From an uncultured Prevotella sp. (GTDB taxonomy: Bacteria > Bacteroidota > Bacteroidia > Bacteroidales > Bacteroidaceae): 64,000 bases of DNA. Made by a program: the position numbers and the translations under genes. The stretch covers positions 16,391 through 80,390 of the forward strand of contig ONNY01000010.1 of NCBI GenBank assembly GCA_900319305.1, given 5' to 3'. Shown one piece after another: positions 48,693-59,413 of the stretch (positions are counted from its first letter, which is position 1; every line of letters starts with the position of its first letter). The notes under the pieces were generated by a model. That model was not told the origin of the DNA. It saw only the letters and a program-made list of their open reading frames with translations, and made no database searches.

Positions 48693-48896
48693 TTACCTCA
48701 CAGATTAATACTACATTTTTTTAGTCGAATTTGTTGTTTTGTTGTCACCAGGCCAATAACCAATTGACAACAAATACGTTACGGGTGGTAACAACAAAAT
48801 ACAAGGTGACAACAAACGGGTATTTTTAGTATATTTACTGCAAAATCAACACGATTTTATTCTATTTGCTTTACTCTTTTGACTATCAGGTGTTTA

Positions 48897-49046
48897 TTAC
48901 AGCAGACTTGTAACGTCATTACAGTAGGCTTGTAAGAGCATTACAGTAGTCATGTAACGGTCTTACAACAGCCTTGTAATAGGGGTAAAGGATTATCTGA
49001 ACGATCCCGACATGACTACTGAACACCCCTTACATGACTTCTGTAA
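48897..49046. repeat. 22-bp periodic array of TTACA-N7-TGTAA
   Basis: Exact units at 48897, 48919, 48941 and 48963, another at 49030, degenerate units between. Confidence 0.85.
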
Positions 49047-49056
49047 CACTGTTTCT

Positions 49057-49365
49057 TTAAGAAGACACAGGAGTCAGTTCTACTGTCAATCCCAACGCAG
49101 CAATAATACGATAGAATGTTGATACCTTGGGTTCCGTACGCCCTTTTTCTACGCGTGAGATATACGATTTGTTTGAACCTATACGCTGCGCCAATTCTTC
49201 TTGAGTGATATTGGCACGTTTGCGGGCATCCTCAATAATCTGACCTGTAAAGAATGCATTAGCACGTTCCTCTGCCATAGCACGTTCAGGCGAGCCTTCC
49301 TTTCCAAAGACTGCATCCAACTGTGCATCCACATCAAACATTTCAATGTCGTTTGCTTTCTTCAT
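49057..49365 (-). CDS. XRE-family HTH antitoxin (HigA-like)
   Basis: ARKRANITQEELAQRIGSNKSYISRVEKG; overlaps the toxin stop. Confidence 0.88.
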   Translation of the reverse strand: MKKANDIEMFDVDAQLDAVFGKEGSPERAMAEERANAFFTGQIIEDARKRANITQEELAQRIGSNKSYISRVEKGRTEPKVSTFYRIIAALGLTVELTPVSS

Positions 49366-49676
49366 AATTCTGCTTTCAATTTAAGTGCTTTATTAATTTC
49401 CTTCTGTGGCGTTTTCTGGCTCTTTTTCTGAAAGCAATTGAAAAGCACCACCACTTGTCCTTGATCGAAACAAAAGAAGATCCGATAGATATTTCCCTGC
49501 CATTCGATTCGTAATTCATAGAGACCGTCACGTATTGACTTTACAAACTTCGACGGTAAGCGTTCCTGAGTCTTCAACAAAAGCATTCCATACAGAATCT
49601 TTTCTTGCGTCCCAGCATCCAATGACTCGAAGAAATCCTTGTAGTAGTTCTTATATGCTACGATTCTTCGTTTCAT
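49362..49676 (-). CDS. RelE/HigB (Gp49-like) toxin
   Basis: GLYELRI, NIYRIFF, FQKKSQKTP..EI. Confidence 0.88.
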   Translation of the reverse strand: MKRRIVAYKNYYKDFFESLDAGTQEKILYGMLLLKTQERLPSKFVKSIRDGLYELRIEWQGNIYRIFFCFDQGQVVVLFNCFQKKSQKTPQKEINKALKLKAEL

Positions 49677-49788
49677 GGCTGCAAAGTTATTTAAAGTTTA
49701 CCAACTGAGCAACTTTTTGCCAATGTTTTTTTGAAATAATGACTTTCCATAAGCATTTTGTTTAAGTTCAACAATAAGTTTACGTTTG

Positions 49789-49820
49789 CAAAGGTAGGCA
49801 TTTCTCCCGAAACCACCAAA
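49789..49820 (-). promoter_or_regulatory. sigmaA promoter upstream of the TA locus
   Basis: TTTG-N20-TACCTTTG on the minus strand. A second TAACTTTG box lies at 49682-49689. Confidence 0.65.
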
Positions 49821-50058
49821 CTTTTGACAAACATTTTTATTACAAAATAGAAGAACTCCATTGGACCATAAAGTGCTAAAACAAACAAATGGACTTTGTA
49901 ACTCCAAACCTTGTTTTCCTTAAATATCGTAAATTTCTAGAAATAGTTTAGAGAATAATATTGGTTATTCGAAGATTTTTCGTATTTTTGCCTTCGTATT
50001 CTGTATAAGGATACAAGGACATATTGCTCAATAGTCTCTCTATCACCACTTGAGAAAG

Positions 50059-50099
50059 ACGAGGCACGTAGGTCGAGATAGTCAAGCTACGTGCCTCGT
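50059..50099. terminator. Strong hairpin / terminator
   Basis: ACGAGGCACGTAG-N15-CTACGTGCCTCGT, perfect 13-bp stem. Confidence 0.7.
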
Positions 50100-50120
50100 T
50101 AGTTTCGAGCCTTATGGGCT

Positions 50121-51122
50121 TTATTTCCAAGTGGCGCCTTGACGGAGAATGAACTTGATCTTGGATTTCTTTGGGAGAACTGGTCGCTCCCACCCGCCTC
50201 CGAGGATCTGAATGGTGACAGTATCCTTCGAAGAGGCTTTGGCTGCAGCGATGGCGTCGGCAAGCGTGAAGAACTGGCCTCGACCCTGTTGATCAACGGT
50301 GATATCAGCATCGCAGCGATAAGGTGCAAGTACGGGAATCTCTGCACAGAGGGCATCAGCCAACAAGCGGGCTACGGTGTGGGCACCATATATATTATAA
50401 TGTGTATTGTCCTGCTTGCCCTCGGGCTCCGTAGGTTCGGTACCAGGCAGATACCACATATGGAGTTTCTTAGACTCTTCTCTGCCTAGACGCTGCTCCA
50501 GATCGCTCGTGATCTGGTTGGCATCGATGAAATGGCAGTTCATGCGTTTAGCCACATCACGGGGTGCCACACGGTAGAGTCCGTGGGTATCGATCAACGA
50601 ATCGCCCTCCTCGCCCTCAGCGCCATCGGCAAAAGTGGTATTGCGCAACTTCTCATCATCATCGTTTTTGGGTGTAACCTTGGCGAAGTTCCGACGTGCC
50701 ACACAGTTCATGAGCACAGGGATGCCCCCACGTTCACGGGTCTCACGCACATATTTAGAGAGGTTGTAGTCGAAGGTAGAACCTGGTTCGGTGTGACGGG
50801 CGGGTTGCGGTTTCTCGTCGTTATGACCAAACTGGATGATAACGTAGTCACCCGGTTTCAACTGTGAGAGCACCTTATCCCAACGACCTTCGGTAATGAA
50901 GGACAACGAGGAACGACCGTTGACTGCATGGTTCGACACGAGGATACGATCATCGAAGTAACACTGCAGCGCCATGCCCCAGCCTCGCTCGAGTTTGCCT
51001 TTGGAGAGATCTTTATTGGCAGCGGTAGAGTCGCCGATGATAAAGATCGTGGTGGTCTTGTCGGGCGTGAATGCCGTGAGCACAAACAACGCCGTAAGCG
51101 CTAACACAAGAAGTTTCTTCAT
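50121..51122 (-). CDS. SGNH rhamnogalacturonan/pectin acetylesterase (CE12-like)
   Basis: GDST, GWG, NHA..GRSS, QFGHND, DNTH. Confidence 0.88.
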   Translation of the reverse strand: MKKLLVLALTALFVLTAFTPDKTTTIFIIGDSTAANKDLSKGKLERGWGMALQCYFDDRILVSNHAVNGRSSLSFITEGRWDKVLSQLKPGDYVIIQFGHNDEKPQPARHTEPGSTFDYNLSKYVRETRERGGIPVLMNCVARRNFAKVTPKNDDDEKLRNTTFADGAEGEEGDSLIDTHGLYRVAPRDVAKRMNCHFIDANQITSDLEQRLGREESKKLHMWYLPGTEPTEPEGKQDNTHYNIYGAHTVARLLADALCAEIPVLAPYRCDADITVDQQGRGQFFTLADAIAAAKASSKDTVTIQILGGGWERPVLPKKSKIKFILRQGATWK

Positions 51123-52483
51123 GCTAATACCGTTTTAATAATTTCCGATATATCAACAAGTTGCTGTTCTCCTGTCAACATATTCTTCAGGGTGAGTTTC
51201 TGGGCAGCCATCTCGTTCTCACCAGCCAGAGCCACGAAGGGAATCTGCTTGGCATTGGCATACGACATCTGCTTCTTCATCTTTGATGAGTCGGGGAAAA
51301 TCTCCGTACGGATACCTGCCGCACGTGCCTGTGCCACGAAGGGCAGACAGTAGGCAGCCTCCTTCTCTCCGAAGTTGATGAAGAGCAGTTGAGTGCCGTT
51401 GACGGCATCCTTGGGATAGCAGTCAAGAGCGTTGAGTACGTCGAAAATGCGATCGACTCCGAAACTGATGCCGACACCTGAGATGCCAGGCATACCGAAG
51501 ATACCCGTGAGGTTGTCGTAACGACCACCACCCGTGATGGAACCGATCTGTACGTCGAGTGCCTTCACCTCGAAAATAGCACCAGTATAGTAGTTCAAGC
51601 CGCGTGCCAGCGTGAGATCGAGTTGTATCTCATTCTTCAGGCCGAGAGATTTCAGGGTGTTAAGGATGAAACGGCTCTCCTCTACACCTTTCAGACCGAC
51701 CTCTGAGTCTTTAAGCACCTCGGCAATGGTATCGAGTTTCTCGTCATTCGTGCCCTCGAGGGAGATGATGGGCTGCAACTTGGCAATCTGGTTTTCCTCG
51801 AGTCCATCGGCACGTAATTCCTCATTTACATTGTCAATGCCGATTTTATCGAGTTTATCGATGGCCACGGTGATATCGACGATTTTGTCGGCAGCACCGA
51901 TGACTTCGGCAATTCCGGTGAGAATCTTACGGTTATTGATCTTTATCTGTACACGAACACCAAAACGGTTGAATACGGTATCGACAATCTGCATCAGTTC
52001 GACCTCGTTGAGCAGTGAATCAGAGCCTACGATATCGCCGTCAAACTGCCAGAACTCACGGTAACGGCCTTTCTGCGGACGGTCAGCGCGCCATACGGGC
52101 TGCATCTGATAACGCTTAAAGGGCAACTGCAATTCTTCACGGTGCATCACCACATAGCGGGCGAAAGGTACGGTGAGATCGTAGCGCAGACCCTTTTCGC
52201 AGAGTTTGGCTGCGAGGTGAAGGGCATTACGTTCTTTCAGTTCGTCGTCGGACACCTTTGAGAGGTAATCGCCTGAGTTAAGTACCTTGAAGAGCAGTTT
52301 GTCGCCCTCCTCGCCATACTTACCCATCAGTGTTCCGAGCGTTTCCATAGCGGGCGTCTCAATCTGCAGGAAGCCATAAAGTTGATACACCTGTTTGATG
52401 GTGTCAAAGATATAGTTGCGCTTCGCCATCTCCAATGGAGAGAAGTCGCGCGTTCCTTTAGGAATACTTGGTTTCTGTGCCAT
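51119..52483 (-). CDS. hisS: Histidine--tRNA ligase
   Basis: [29 protein letters not shown]. Confidence 0.98.
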   Translation of the reverse strand: MAQKPSIPKGTRDFSPLEMAKRNYIFDTIKQVYQLYGFLQIETPAMETLGTLMGKYGEEGDKLLFKVLNSGDYLSKVSDDELKERNALHLAAKLCEKGLRYDLTVPFARYVVMHREELQLPFKRYQMQPVWRADRPQKGRYREFWQFDGDIVGSDSLLNEVELMQIVDTVFNRFGVRVQIKINNRKILTGIAEVIGAADKIVDITVAIDKLDKIGIDNVNEELRADGLEENQIAKLQPIISLEGTNDEKLDTIAEVLKDSEVGLKGVEESRFILNTLKSLGLKNEIQLDLTLARGLNYYTGAIFEVKALDVQIGSITGGGRYDNLTGIFGMPGISGVGISFGVDRIFDVLNALDCYPKDAVNGTQLLFINFGEKEAAYCLPFVAQARAAGIRTEIFPDSSKMKKQMSYANAKQIPFVALAGENEMAAQKLTLKNMLTGEQQLVDISEIIKTVLA

Positions 52484-53758
52484 TTATTTCTTTCTTACAA
52501 TTGTCTGGTCGCGGTCAGGACCAATAGAGATAATCTTAATCGGTGTTTCGAGTTGGGCTTCGAGGAAGGCGATGTAATCGCTAAATTCCTTCGGGAACTG
52601 ATCCTCGCTGGTAAACTTGGTCATGTCGGTCTTCCAACCTGGCAACTCTTCATAAACAGGTTCAATACCCTCTTCGATGTTGTAGGGGAAGTAGTCGATC
52701 TGCGTGCCGTTCTGCTTGTAAGCCACACAGGCTTTGATGGTGTCGAATCCATCGAGCACATCGCTCTTCATCATAATGAGTTGGGTCACACCATTTACCA
52801 TGATTGAGTATTTCAGGGCAACAAGGTCGATCCATCCACAACGACGCTCACGACCAGTCACTGCACCATACTCATGACCGAGGTCACGGATGGTCTTGCC
52901 CGTTTCATCGAACAATTCTGTGGGGAAAGGACCCGCACCGACACGTGTACAGTAAGCCTTCATGATACCATAGACCTCTCCGATCTTGTTGGGACCGATA
53001 CCCAGACCTGTGCAAGCGCCTGCGCAGATGGTATTGGATGAGGTAACAAAGGGATAGGAGCCAAAATCCACGTCGAGCATTGTTCCCTGAGCACCCTCGC
53101 AAAGCACACTCTTACCGCTCTTCAGGATGTTGTTGATCTCGTGCTCGGAATCCACGATGGGGAACTGGCGCAAATAGTCGATTCCTTCGAGCCATTTCTT
53201 CTCAACCTCTGTGATGTCGTACTCGAAGTTGAGCGACTTCAGGATCGCCTCATGACGGGCCTTCGCCTTAGCGTATTTCTCCTCGAAGTGATCGAGGATA
53301 TCACCGACGCGCAGACCATTGCGTGACACTTTGTCCGTATAGGTGGGACCGATACCCTTACCAGTGGTGCCTACCTTGTCCTTTCCTTTCTGGGCTTCGT
53401 AGGCTGCATCGAGCACACGATGGGTGGGCATGATGAGATGGGCTTTCTTGGAGATATGCAGACGGGCATGCAGATCATGACCACTGGCCTCCAGAGCCTT
53501 TGCCTCGTCCATGAAGAGATCAGGTGCCAACACCACACCGTTACCGATGATATTGACCTTTCCACCTTGGAAAATTCCTGATGGAATGGAACGCAGCACA
53601 TACTTCTGGCCTTCGAACTCAAGCGTATGACCAGCATTAGGACCGCCCTGGAAACGGGCCACCACATCGTACTTCGGGGTCAGCACATCGACCACCTTAC
53701 CTTTTCCTTCGTCGCCCCACTGCAAACCGAGCAGGACATCTACTTTACCTTTGTTCAT
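52484..53758 (-). CDS. purA: Adenylosuccinate synthetase
   Basis: QWGDEGKG, GG.NAGH, EGAQG, TGR.RRCGW. Confidence 0.98.
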   Translation of the reverse strand: MNKGKVDVLLGLQWGDEGKGKVVDVLTPKYDVVARFQGGPNAGHTLEFEGQKYVLRSIPSGIFQGGKVNIIGNGVVLAPDLFMDEAKALEASGHDLHARLHISKKAHLIMPTHRVLDAAYEAQKGKDKVGTTGKGIGPTYTDKVSRNGLRVGDILDHFEEKYAKAKARHEAILKSLNFEYDITEVEKKWLEGIDYLRQFPIVDSEHEINNILKSGKSVLCEGAQGTMLDVDFGSYPFVTSSNTICAGACTGLGIGPNKIGEVYGIMKAYCTRVGAGPFPTELFDETGKTIRDLGHEYGAVTGRERRCGWIDLVALKYSIMVNGVTQLIMMKSDVLDGFDTIKACVAYKQNGTQIDYFPYNIEEGIEPVYEELPGWKTDMTKFTSEDQFPKEFSDYIAFLEAQLETPIKIISIGPDRDQTIVRKK

Positions 53759-53768
53759 AATACGTTAT

Positions 53769-54260
53769 TTATTTTGTTTTTAACTTTTTCTCTTGTTCTT
53801 GACGACGCTTACGCGTGAGTTTTGCCTGACAAGTACTGCAGACACCATAAATGTAAAGATTGAAACCGTCTTTGCGGAAGCGTTTCAGTCCGACGCTCTC
53901 GACAGCCGCCACAATCTCCGGGGAGGTAATCTCTGTCACCTTCCCACAAGTCGTGCAGATCTGATGACAATGGTTATTATTGCCATAGAAAGCCTCGTAT
54001 TTCGTAATTCCCTGAATGTGATGACGCATTACCAGACGGATATCCCTGAAGAGGTTAAGCGTGTTGTAAAGCGTCGCCCTACTGACAGGGAAAGTATATT
54101 TCTCTTCCAGTTCGACTTTAAGCTCATCAAGGGTGAAATGACCTTTATGGTTGTAGATGGCACGCAAGATAGTATAACGCTCCGGTGTCTTGCGATGACG
54201 GGTCACCTCAAGATAGTTATCTAGAATGCGTGTTACTGACTTGATTACTGATTCTTTCAT
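53769..54260 (-). CDS. Fur-family regulator
   Basis: RKTPER, SRATLYNTL, H.H.IC..C, C..C. Confidence 0.9.
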   Translation of the reverse strand: MKESVIKSVTRILDNYLEVTRHRKTPERYTILRAIYNHKGHFTLDELKVELEEKYTFPVSRATLYNTLNLFRDIRLVMRHHIQGITKYEAFYGNNNHCHQICTTCGKVTEITSPEIVAAVESVGLKRFRKDGFNLYIYGVCSTCQAKLTRKRRQEQEKKLKTK

Positions 54261-54321
54261 CTATTGTTCCACTAAAACCGTACAAAGGTACGCATTTTCA
54301 TGGAGACAAAAGAGAATTTAT

Positions 54322-54936
54322 CTATAAAAATTCTAAATTAGCCTGTTTTAATGCACTTTTGGCAATGCGCTCATACACCAGTCCTAAGTTGGCAAAACGT
54401 TGTACGGCTGCCATTGCGGCCTTACGAACAGGGATACTCTCACCTTGAAGTGCTACTATAGCCTGATCAATGAACTCATTGATACCACGCTCGTTAGGTT
54501 CTTGACCGTTCATAAACAGACGGGTGATAATATGGAATCCGCAAAGTTGATAAAGGGGTTCGGATGAAGCCATCCAGGTATAAGCCTTCTCTGGGGCATA
54601 AGGCAGATACTGATAAAGGTTAAAGGCGGCCTGTTCTGCAATCTCCTGCGTAGGTGTCTGTTCCATCCAGATATCAATGACCTCGGGCAATACCTCGTTG
54701 GGTGGCATGATCATTGTCGCAAGAATCTTACACTCACGTACGTTCTCTTTCCATAGGGCAATGGCAAGGTCGTAGTTCTTGCCGATTTCTTCGGCCTTCT
54801 CGCGGAGTCTGGGAAGTGTAGCGCCCCAGTTCAGTTTGTAATCCACACCTTTGGTGCGCATAGAGGCAGCAATCGATCCGTCCATCATCTGACGGAACGA
54901 CTGCTTGATCTCCTTCACTTGTTGTTGTATATCCAT
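54322..54936 (-). CDS. DNA alkylation repair protein (AlkD-like HEAT repeat)
   Basis: G..LP.LR..A, LW....RE.KILA. Confidence 0.75.
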   Translation of the reverse strand: MDIQQQVKEIKQSFRQMMDGSIAASMRTKGVDYKLNWGATLPRLREKAEEIGKNYDLAIALWKENVRECKILATMIMPPNEVLPEVIDIWMEQTPTQEIAEQAAFNLYQYLPYAPEKAYTWMASSEPLYQLCGFHIITRLFMNGQEPNERGINEFIDQAIVALQGESIPVRKAAMAAVQRFANLGLVYERIAKSALKQANLEFL

Positions 54937-54938
54937 CG

Positions 54939-56891
54939 TCAGATCAGTGAGGCGTAAGACTGGCTGTAGCGAAGCATCTGATGGGCATAGCTTTCGCCAT
55001 AATAGACATTAACATCGGCGATTTCACCGTTTTTATCATAAATGGGCAACAGTACAGGATTGATAAATCCCTTATAGGGTGCAAGGTTCAATCGCTCATA
55101 GCGGGCTAGCACCTCTGCATGGATGGCTGGATCGACCTTGACAGCATATCGTTCCACCAATTGACGGGCAGCCTCGTAGTCTCCCTCACTCTTGATGCGT
55201 TGAATCTCTGCTAACAGACGGGCAATAAGTTGGCGCAGGGCGGGATAATCGCTGATTTCAACGTAGGTCTTACCCTCACGGGAGACAAGATGCAGGCAAT
55301 CGCCATTCTCATGACACCAATGAGCAATCAGGGCGCGGTTGCGCATGTGAGCTTCTTCGATCTGATGTCCTGGTGTGATACGAATCAACTGGGTCAGCAG
55401 ACCATTCATCATATAGGTATAATACTGTGACTGATAGGCGAATCCATCGGGCAATAGTCCCAATTCCACCAATTTGGGGTCGGCCATGTAGTAGAGCCCG
55501 AAGAGATCAGCCCTCGCCTCCTCGATCGTATTGCCATAGGCTTTGAGGGCATCGGGATCAACACCAGACAACAATTGTCCACTACCGTGCCCCAGACACT
55601 CGTGGAGGTCGGTATGCAGATCATCACATCTATCCCCATATTGATCGATGAGTCGGAGTGTATCGGCATCGATCACAAACTCCTCCTTGAAGCCGTTACC
55701 ATGCGAGGCTTTGTTATAGGCATCGGTGATATTGCTGATAGTGATACTCTTGGAACCATACTGTGCCCGGATCCAGTCGGCATTGGGCAAGTTGATACCA
55801 ATAGCGGTGGAAGGATATTCATCGCCTCCCAGCATCGCCGCACAGATGACATTGGCAGAGACACCTTTGACCACAGGTTTGCGGAAACGCGGATCAACGG
55901 GCGAATGGTCTTCAAACCATTGGGCATTACGACTGATGGTCTGCGTACGCTGAGTTGCCTCTGTGTCGATATACTCTACCAGTCCTTCCCAGGAACCTTT
56001 CAGTCCCAAGGGATCGCCATACACCTCGATAAAGCCGTTGATGAAGTCGATGGAGGAATCGTGCTCCTGCAACCATTCGATGCAATATTGATTGAATGTC
56101 TGCAAATCGCCTGTCCGATAATAACTTATCAAAAGTGAAATAACCTTCTTCTGTTGTTCATTCTCTGCCACTGTCAGTGCTTTCTCCAGCCAATAGATAA
56201 TATGTAGGATGGCATTGGCGTATTTCCCGTCGGCTGACCACACCTCTTCGCGGATGTTGCCATCAGCGGTCTTTACGAGTGTGGAGTTCAGTCCGAAGGA
56301 TGGCGGTGTGTCAGAGGATGCCTGAGCCTGCTTCTGAGCAGCATAGAAGTTTTCTGCCTCTGCCTGTGTCACTCCGTCATAGAAATGGCAGGCGGATGTC
56401 AGCAGTAGGTCGGAGCCATCGGCTTTATTGACGCGTTTCGGTAGCACATCGGGGTCGAAGATAACTGGGAAGAATTCGTCACAGAATGCATCAAGAGTCT
56501 CTCCCTCTTTTAATGGCAGACGGCGCACATCAACCTGATGCAGTCGGGCACGTAGCCATTCGGACGAGAATGCGGGTTTGAACTTCTCACAGCCATAATG
56601 GTGATAGATGCCATTTGAGAACCAGACGCGCTTCAGATAGACTTCCAGAGCCTTGAAGTCGTCGGTATCATGGGAGATGGTTGCATCACAATAGATAACC
56701 TCCAGCATCTTTCGGATGCGGAGGTTGTACTTTCCAAACTGATCAAACGTAATGTCTCTCCCCCACAAGGTGGCTTCCGACAGGTAGAATACAAGCGTTT
56801 TCTGCTGAAGGGTCAACTGTGAGAAGCCATTCAATCTGTACCTGAGCAGCTGTAAGTCTGCAAACCGCTCATCTTGATAAGAAAAATCCAC
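54939..56891 (-). CDS. Dipeptidyl peptidase III (M49)
   Basis: HECLGH hexapeptide, EEARAD, GINLPN. Confidence 0.93.
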   Translation of the reverse strand: MDFSYQDERFADLQLLRYRLNGFSQLTLQQKTLVFYLSEATLWGRDITFDQFGKYNLRIRKMLEVIYCDATISHDTDDFKALEVYLKRVWFSNGIYHHYGCEKFKPAFSSEWLRARLHQVDVRRLPLKEGETLDAFCDEFFPVIFDPDVLPKRVNKADGSDLLLTSACHFYDGVTQAEAENFYAAQKQAQASSDTPPSFGLNSTLVKTADGNIREEVWSADGKYANAILHIIYWLEKALTVAENEQQKKVISLLISYYRTGDLQTFNQYCIEWLQEHDSSIDFINGFIEVYGDPLGLKGSWEGLVEYIDTEATQRTQTISRNAQWFEDHSPVDPRFRKPVVKGVSANVICAAMLGGDEYPSTAIGINLPNADWIRAQYGSKSITISNITDAYNKASHGNGFKEEFVIDADTLRLIDQYGDRCDDLHTDLHECLGHGSGQLLSGVDPDALKAYGNTIEEARADLFGLYYMADPKLVELGLLPDGFAYQSQYYTYMMNGLLTQLIRITPGHQIEEAHMRNRALIAHWCHENGDCLHLVSREGKTYVEISDYPALRQLIARLLAEIQRIKSEGDYEAARQLVERYAVKVDPAIHAEVLARYERLNLAPYKGFINPVLLPIYDKNGEIADVNVYYGESYAHQMLRYSQSYASLI

Positions 56892-56909
56892 GTAAGTCCA
56901 CTCCTCTTT

Positions 56910-57368
56910 TTAAGCTTTGGACTTCTTAGGGCGTTTAGCCAACATGGCGGGATGCTGCTTCAAATGCTGCAGGCGATATTCACGCGGGGTGATGCCTACC
57001 ACACGATAGAATGAAGCATAGAACGACTGACGGTTGGCAAAACCCACCATGTCGCTAACCTCCTCCATGCGGAGATCCTGATATCGCTTATCCACGAGAA
57101 TAGTCATTGCCTCGTCAATGCGATATTTGTTCACAAACGATGTGTAATTCATGTGGAATCGCACATTTACGACGGCAGAAATGTAACGGGTGTTGGTTCC
57201 GAGATCCTCTGCAAGTTTTTTGGCAGAGTAATCCTTGTCACGGTACTTCTTCTGCATGACGATAATCTGAAGGATCTTCTCCTGCATCTCATCCATCATC
57301 CGGGGGCTCACAAGACTTCTATAAGCAGCCTCCTTTTCTTTCTTTTCTGTAATGTTGTATTTAGCCAT
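56910..57368 (-). CDS. AraC-family HTH protein
   Basis: LA..LGTN..Y.S, VGF....SF...F....G.TP..YR. Confidence 0.9.
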   Translation of the reverse strand: MAKYNITEKKEKEAAYRSLVSPRMMDEMQEKILQIIVMQKKYRDKDYSAKKLAEDLGTNTRYISAVVNVRFHMNYTSFVNKYRIDEAMTILVDKRYQDLRMEEVSDMVGFANRQSFYASFYRVVGITPREYRLQHLKQHPAMLAKRPKKSKA

Positions 57369-57485
57369 TTTGTTACATGGTTTATGATAATTTTTTGCAA
57401 ATATACAAAAAAAATCAATATGTACAACTATTTTTTCATCTTTTTTTTATTAAAATCACTATCTTTGTACAAAAATTCGAGATTA

Positions 57486-59309
57486 ATGGAAATTTTCGAC
57501 GCCTTACAGCGATATTTTGGATATGATTCGTTCCGCGAGAACCAAGAAGACATCATTAGACACGTTGTGGCTGGCAGAGATGCCCTCGTATTGATGCCGA
57601 CAGGAGGCGGAAAAAGTCTGTGCTATCAGATACCTGCCCTTGTCATGGAGGGGACAACGGTAATCATTTCGCCGCTCATCAGTCTGATGAAGGACCAGGT
57701 GGAGTCGCTCCGTGCCAACGGCATTGCCGCCGAAGCGCTGAATAGCGGCAACGACAGCACTGAGGACCTACTGATCCGCAGACGGTGTGTGGCGGGAGAA
57801 ATCAAACTGCTTTACATCTCCCCAGAAAGAGCTATCGCCGAGGCCGACCATCTGTTGAGTCACATGCGACTGTCGCTATTAGCGGTGGATGAAGCCCATT
57901 GTATCAGTCAATGGGGCCACGATTTTCGTCCCGAGTACACGCAACTAGCAACACTGAGGGAGAAATTTCCGAACATACCGATGATGGCACTCACGGCAAC
58001 CGCCGATAAAGTGACCCGTCAGGATATCATCGAACAGTTACAATTGAAAGACGCCCGTGAGTTCATCTCAAGCTTTGACCGTCCGAATCTAAGTCTTTCT
58101 GTAAAAAGAGGTTATAAAAACGCAGAGAAGATGCACTTTATCATGAATTTCATCAAGGCGAGACCATGGGAAGCAGGTATCATCTACTGTCTGAGTAGGA
58201 AGACGACGGAAAAGGTAGCAGAAGACCTCAGGAAAAAAGGTATCAATGCCGCAGCCTATCATGCCGGTATGAACCCGACGGAGCGCAACCTGACACAGGA
58301 ACAGTTCAAGAACGACCAACTTTTGGTGGTCTGTGCCACGATCGCTTTCGGTATGGGTATCGACAAAAGTAATGTGAGATGGGTAATCCATTACAATATG
58401 CCCAAAAGTATCGAAAGTTTCTATCAGGAGATCGGGCGTGCAGGCAGAGACGGCGCCCCAGCGGAAACCATTCTCTTTTATTCATTGGCGGATATCATCC
58501 AACTGACGGAATTTGCCAAACAGAGCGGTCAGCAGGATGTGAATATGGAGAAACTCAGAAGGATGCAGGAATATGCGGAATCAAGAGTGTGCAGGAGAAG
58601 GATTCTGCTAAACTATTTCAGTGAACAGACCGACCACGACTGCGGTAACTGTGACGTATGCGAGAATCCCCCGAAACGATTTGACGGTTCGCGGTATGTG
58701 CAGATGGCACTGAGTGCCGCCAAGCGAACCAATGAGGAGATCAGACTCTCGACCATCATTGAGATTCTGAAGGGCATCCACTCTCCCACTGTCAGTAAGA
58801 AAGGCTATGACCGTCTGAAGACCTTTGGTGTGGGTAAGGAACTCACAACCAAAGACTGGCAGGACTATCTGTTACAGATGTTACAGATGGGATTCTTCGA
58901 GATCGCCTATAACGATGGTAACAAAGTGAAGGTGACAACGATTGGCGAGGACGTTCTCTACGGCAGGAAGCAGGCGGAACTCTATATTGTGGACCACAAC
59001 GAGATGGAAATATCAAAGAAGAAGACAAAACTAAGACTGGAGATCCCGACTATCACCATTCCAGGACTTCCGCCGACGACGGGCATTGAGGATCCGAAGT
59101 TATTTGAAGCGTTGCGCAGTCTGCGTATGACCTGTGCCGAGGAAGAAGGTTTTCCACCCTATATCATTTTCAGCGACAAGGTGCTGCATGCCCTCGCCAC
59201 CATCAAACCCACAACCTTGGAACAGTTCGGATGTATCTCAGGTATCGGTGAACATAAGCGGCAGAAGTATGGCGAACGTTTCGTGTCACTGATCAGGAAA
59301 TTCGTTTAA
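57486..59309 (+). CDS. recQ: DNA helicase RecQ
   Basis: MPTGGGKS, DEAH, QE.GRAGRDG, RQC Zn site, HRDC. Confidence 0.97.
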   Translation: MEIFDALQRYFGYDSFRENQEDIIRHVVAGRDALVLMPTGGGKSLCYQIPALVMEGTTVIISPLISLMKDQVESLRANGIAAEALNSGNDSTEDLLIRRRCVAGEIKLLYISPERAIAEADHLLSHMRLSLLAVDEAHCISQWGHDFRPEYTQLATLREKFPNIPMMALTATADKVTRQDIIEQLQLKDAREFISSFDRPNLSLSVKRGYKNAEKMHFIMNFIKARPWEAGIIYCLSRKTTEKVAEDLRKKGINAAAYHAGMNPTERNLTQEQFKNDQLLVVCATIAFGMGIDKSNVRWVIHYNMPKSIESFYQEIGRAGRDGAPAETILFYSLADIIQLTEFAKQSGQQDVNMEKLRRMQEYAESRVCRRRILLNYFSEQTDHDCGNCDVCENPPKRFDGSRYVQMALSAAKRTNEEIRLSTIIEILKGIHSPTVSKKGYDRLKTFGVGKELTTKDWQDYLLQMLQMGFFEIAYNDGNKVKVTTIGEDVLYGRKQAELYIVDHNEMEISKKKTKLRLEIPTITIPGLPPTTGIEDPKLFEALRSLRMTCAEEEGFPPYIIFSDKVLHALATIKPTTLEQFGCISGIGEHKRQKYGERFVSLIRKFV

Positions 59310-59413
59310 AAACTAAAAAATCACCCCATAAATGTCACTTTTTGCTAAAATAAAGCACAGAAAGTCTTTTTTGTGCGAAATATTTAGTAACTTTGCGCGG
59401 TAAAATCATAGCT

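Noticed and set aside
48897-49046. CRISPR array
   Set aside because: The 22-bp period with 5-7 nt variable parts is far too short, and there are no cas genes.
57153-57485. N-terminal extension of RecQ (likewise the long starts given at 7433, 12026, 26974 and 35153)
   Set aside because: They overlap neighbouring genes or promoters; downstream ATGs fit the promoter boxes and family N-termini.
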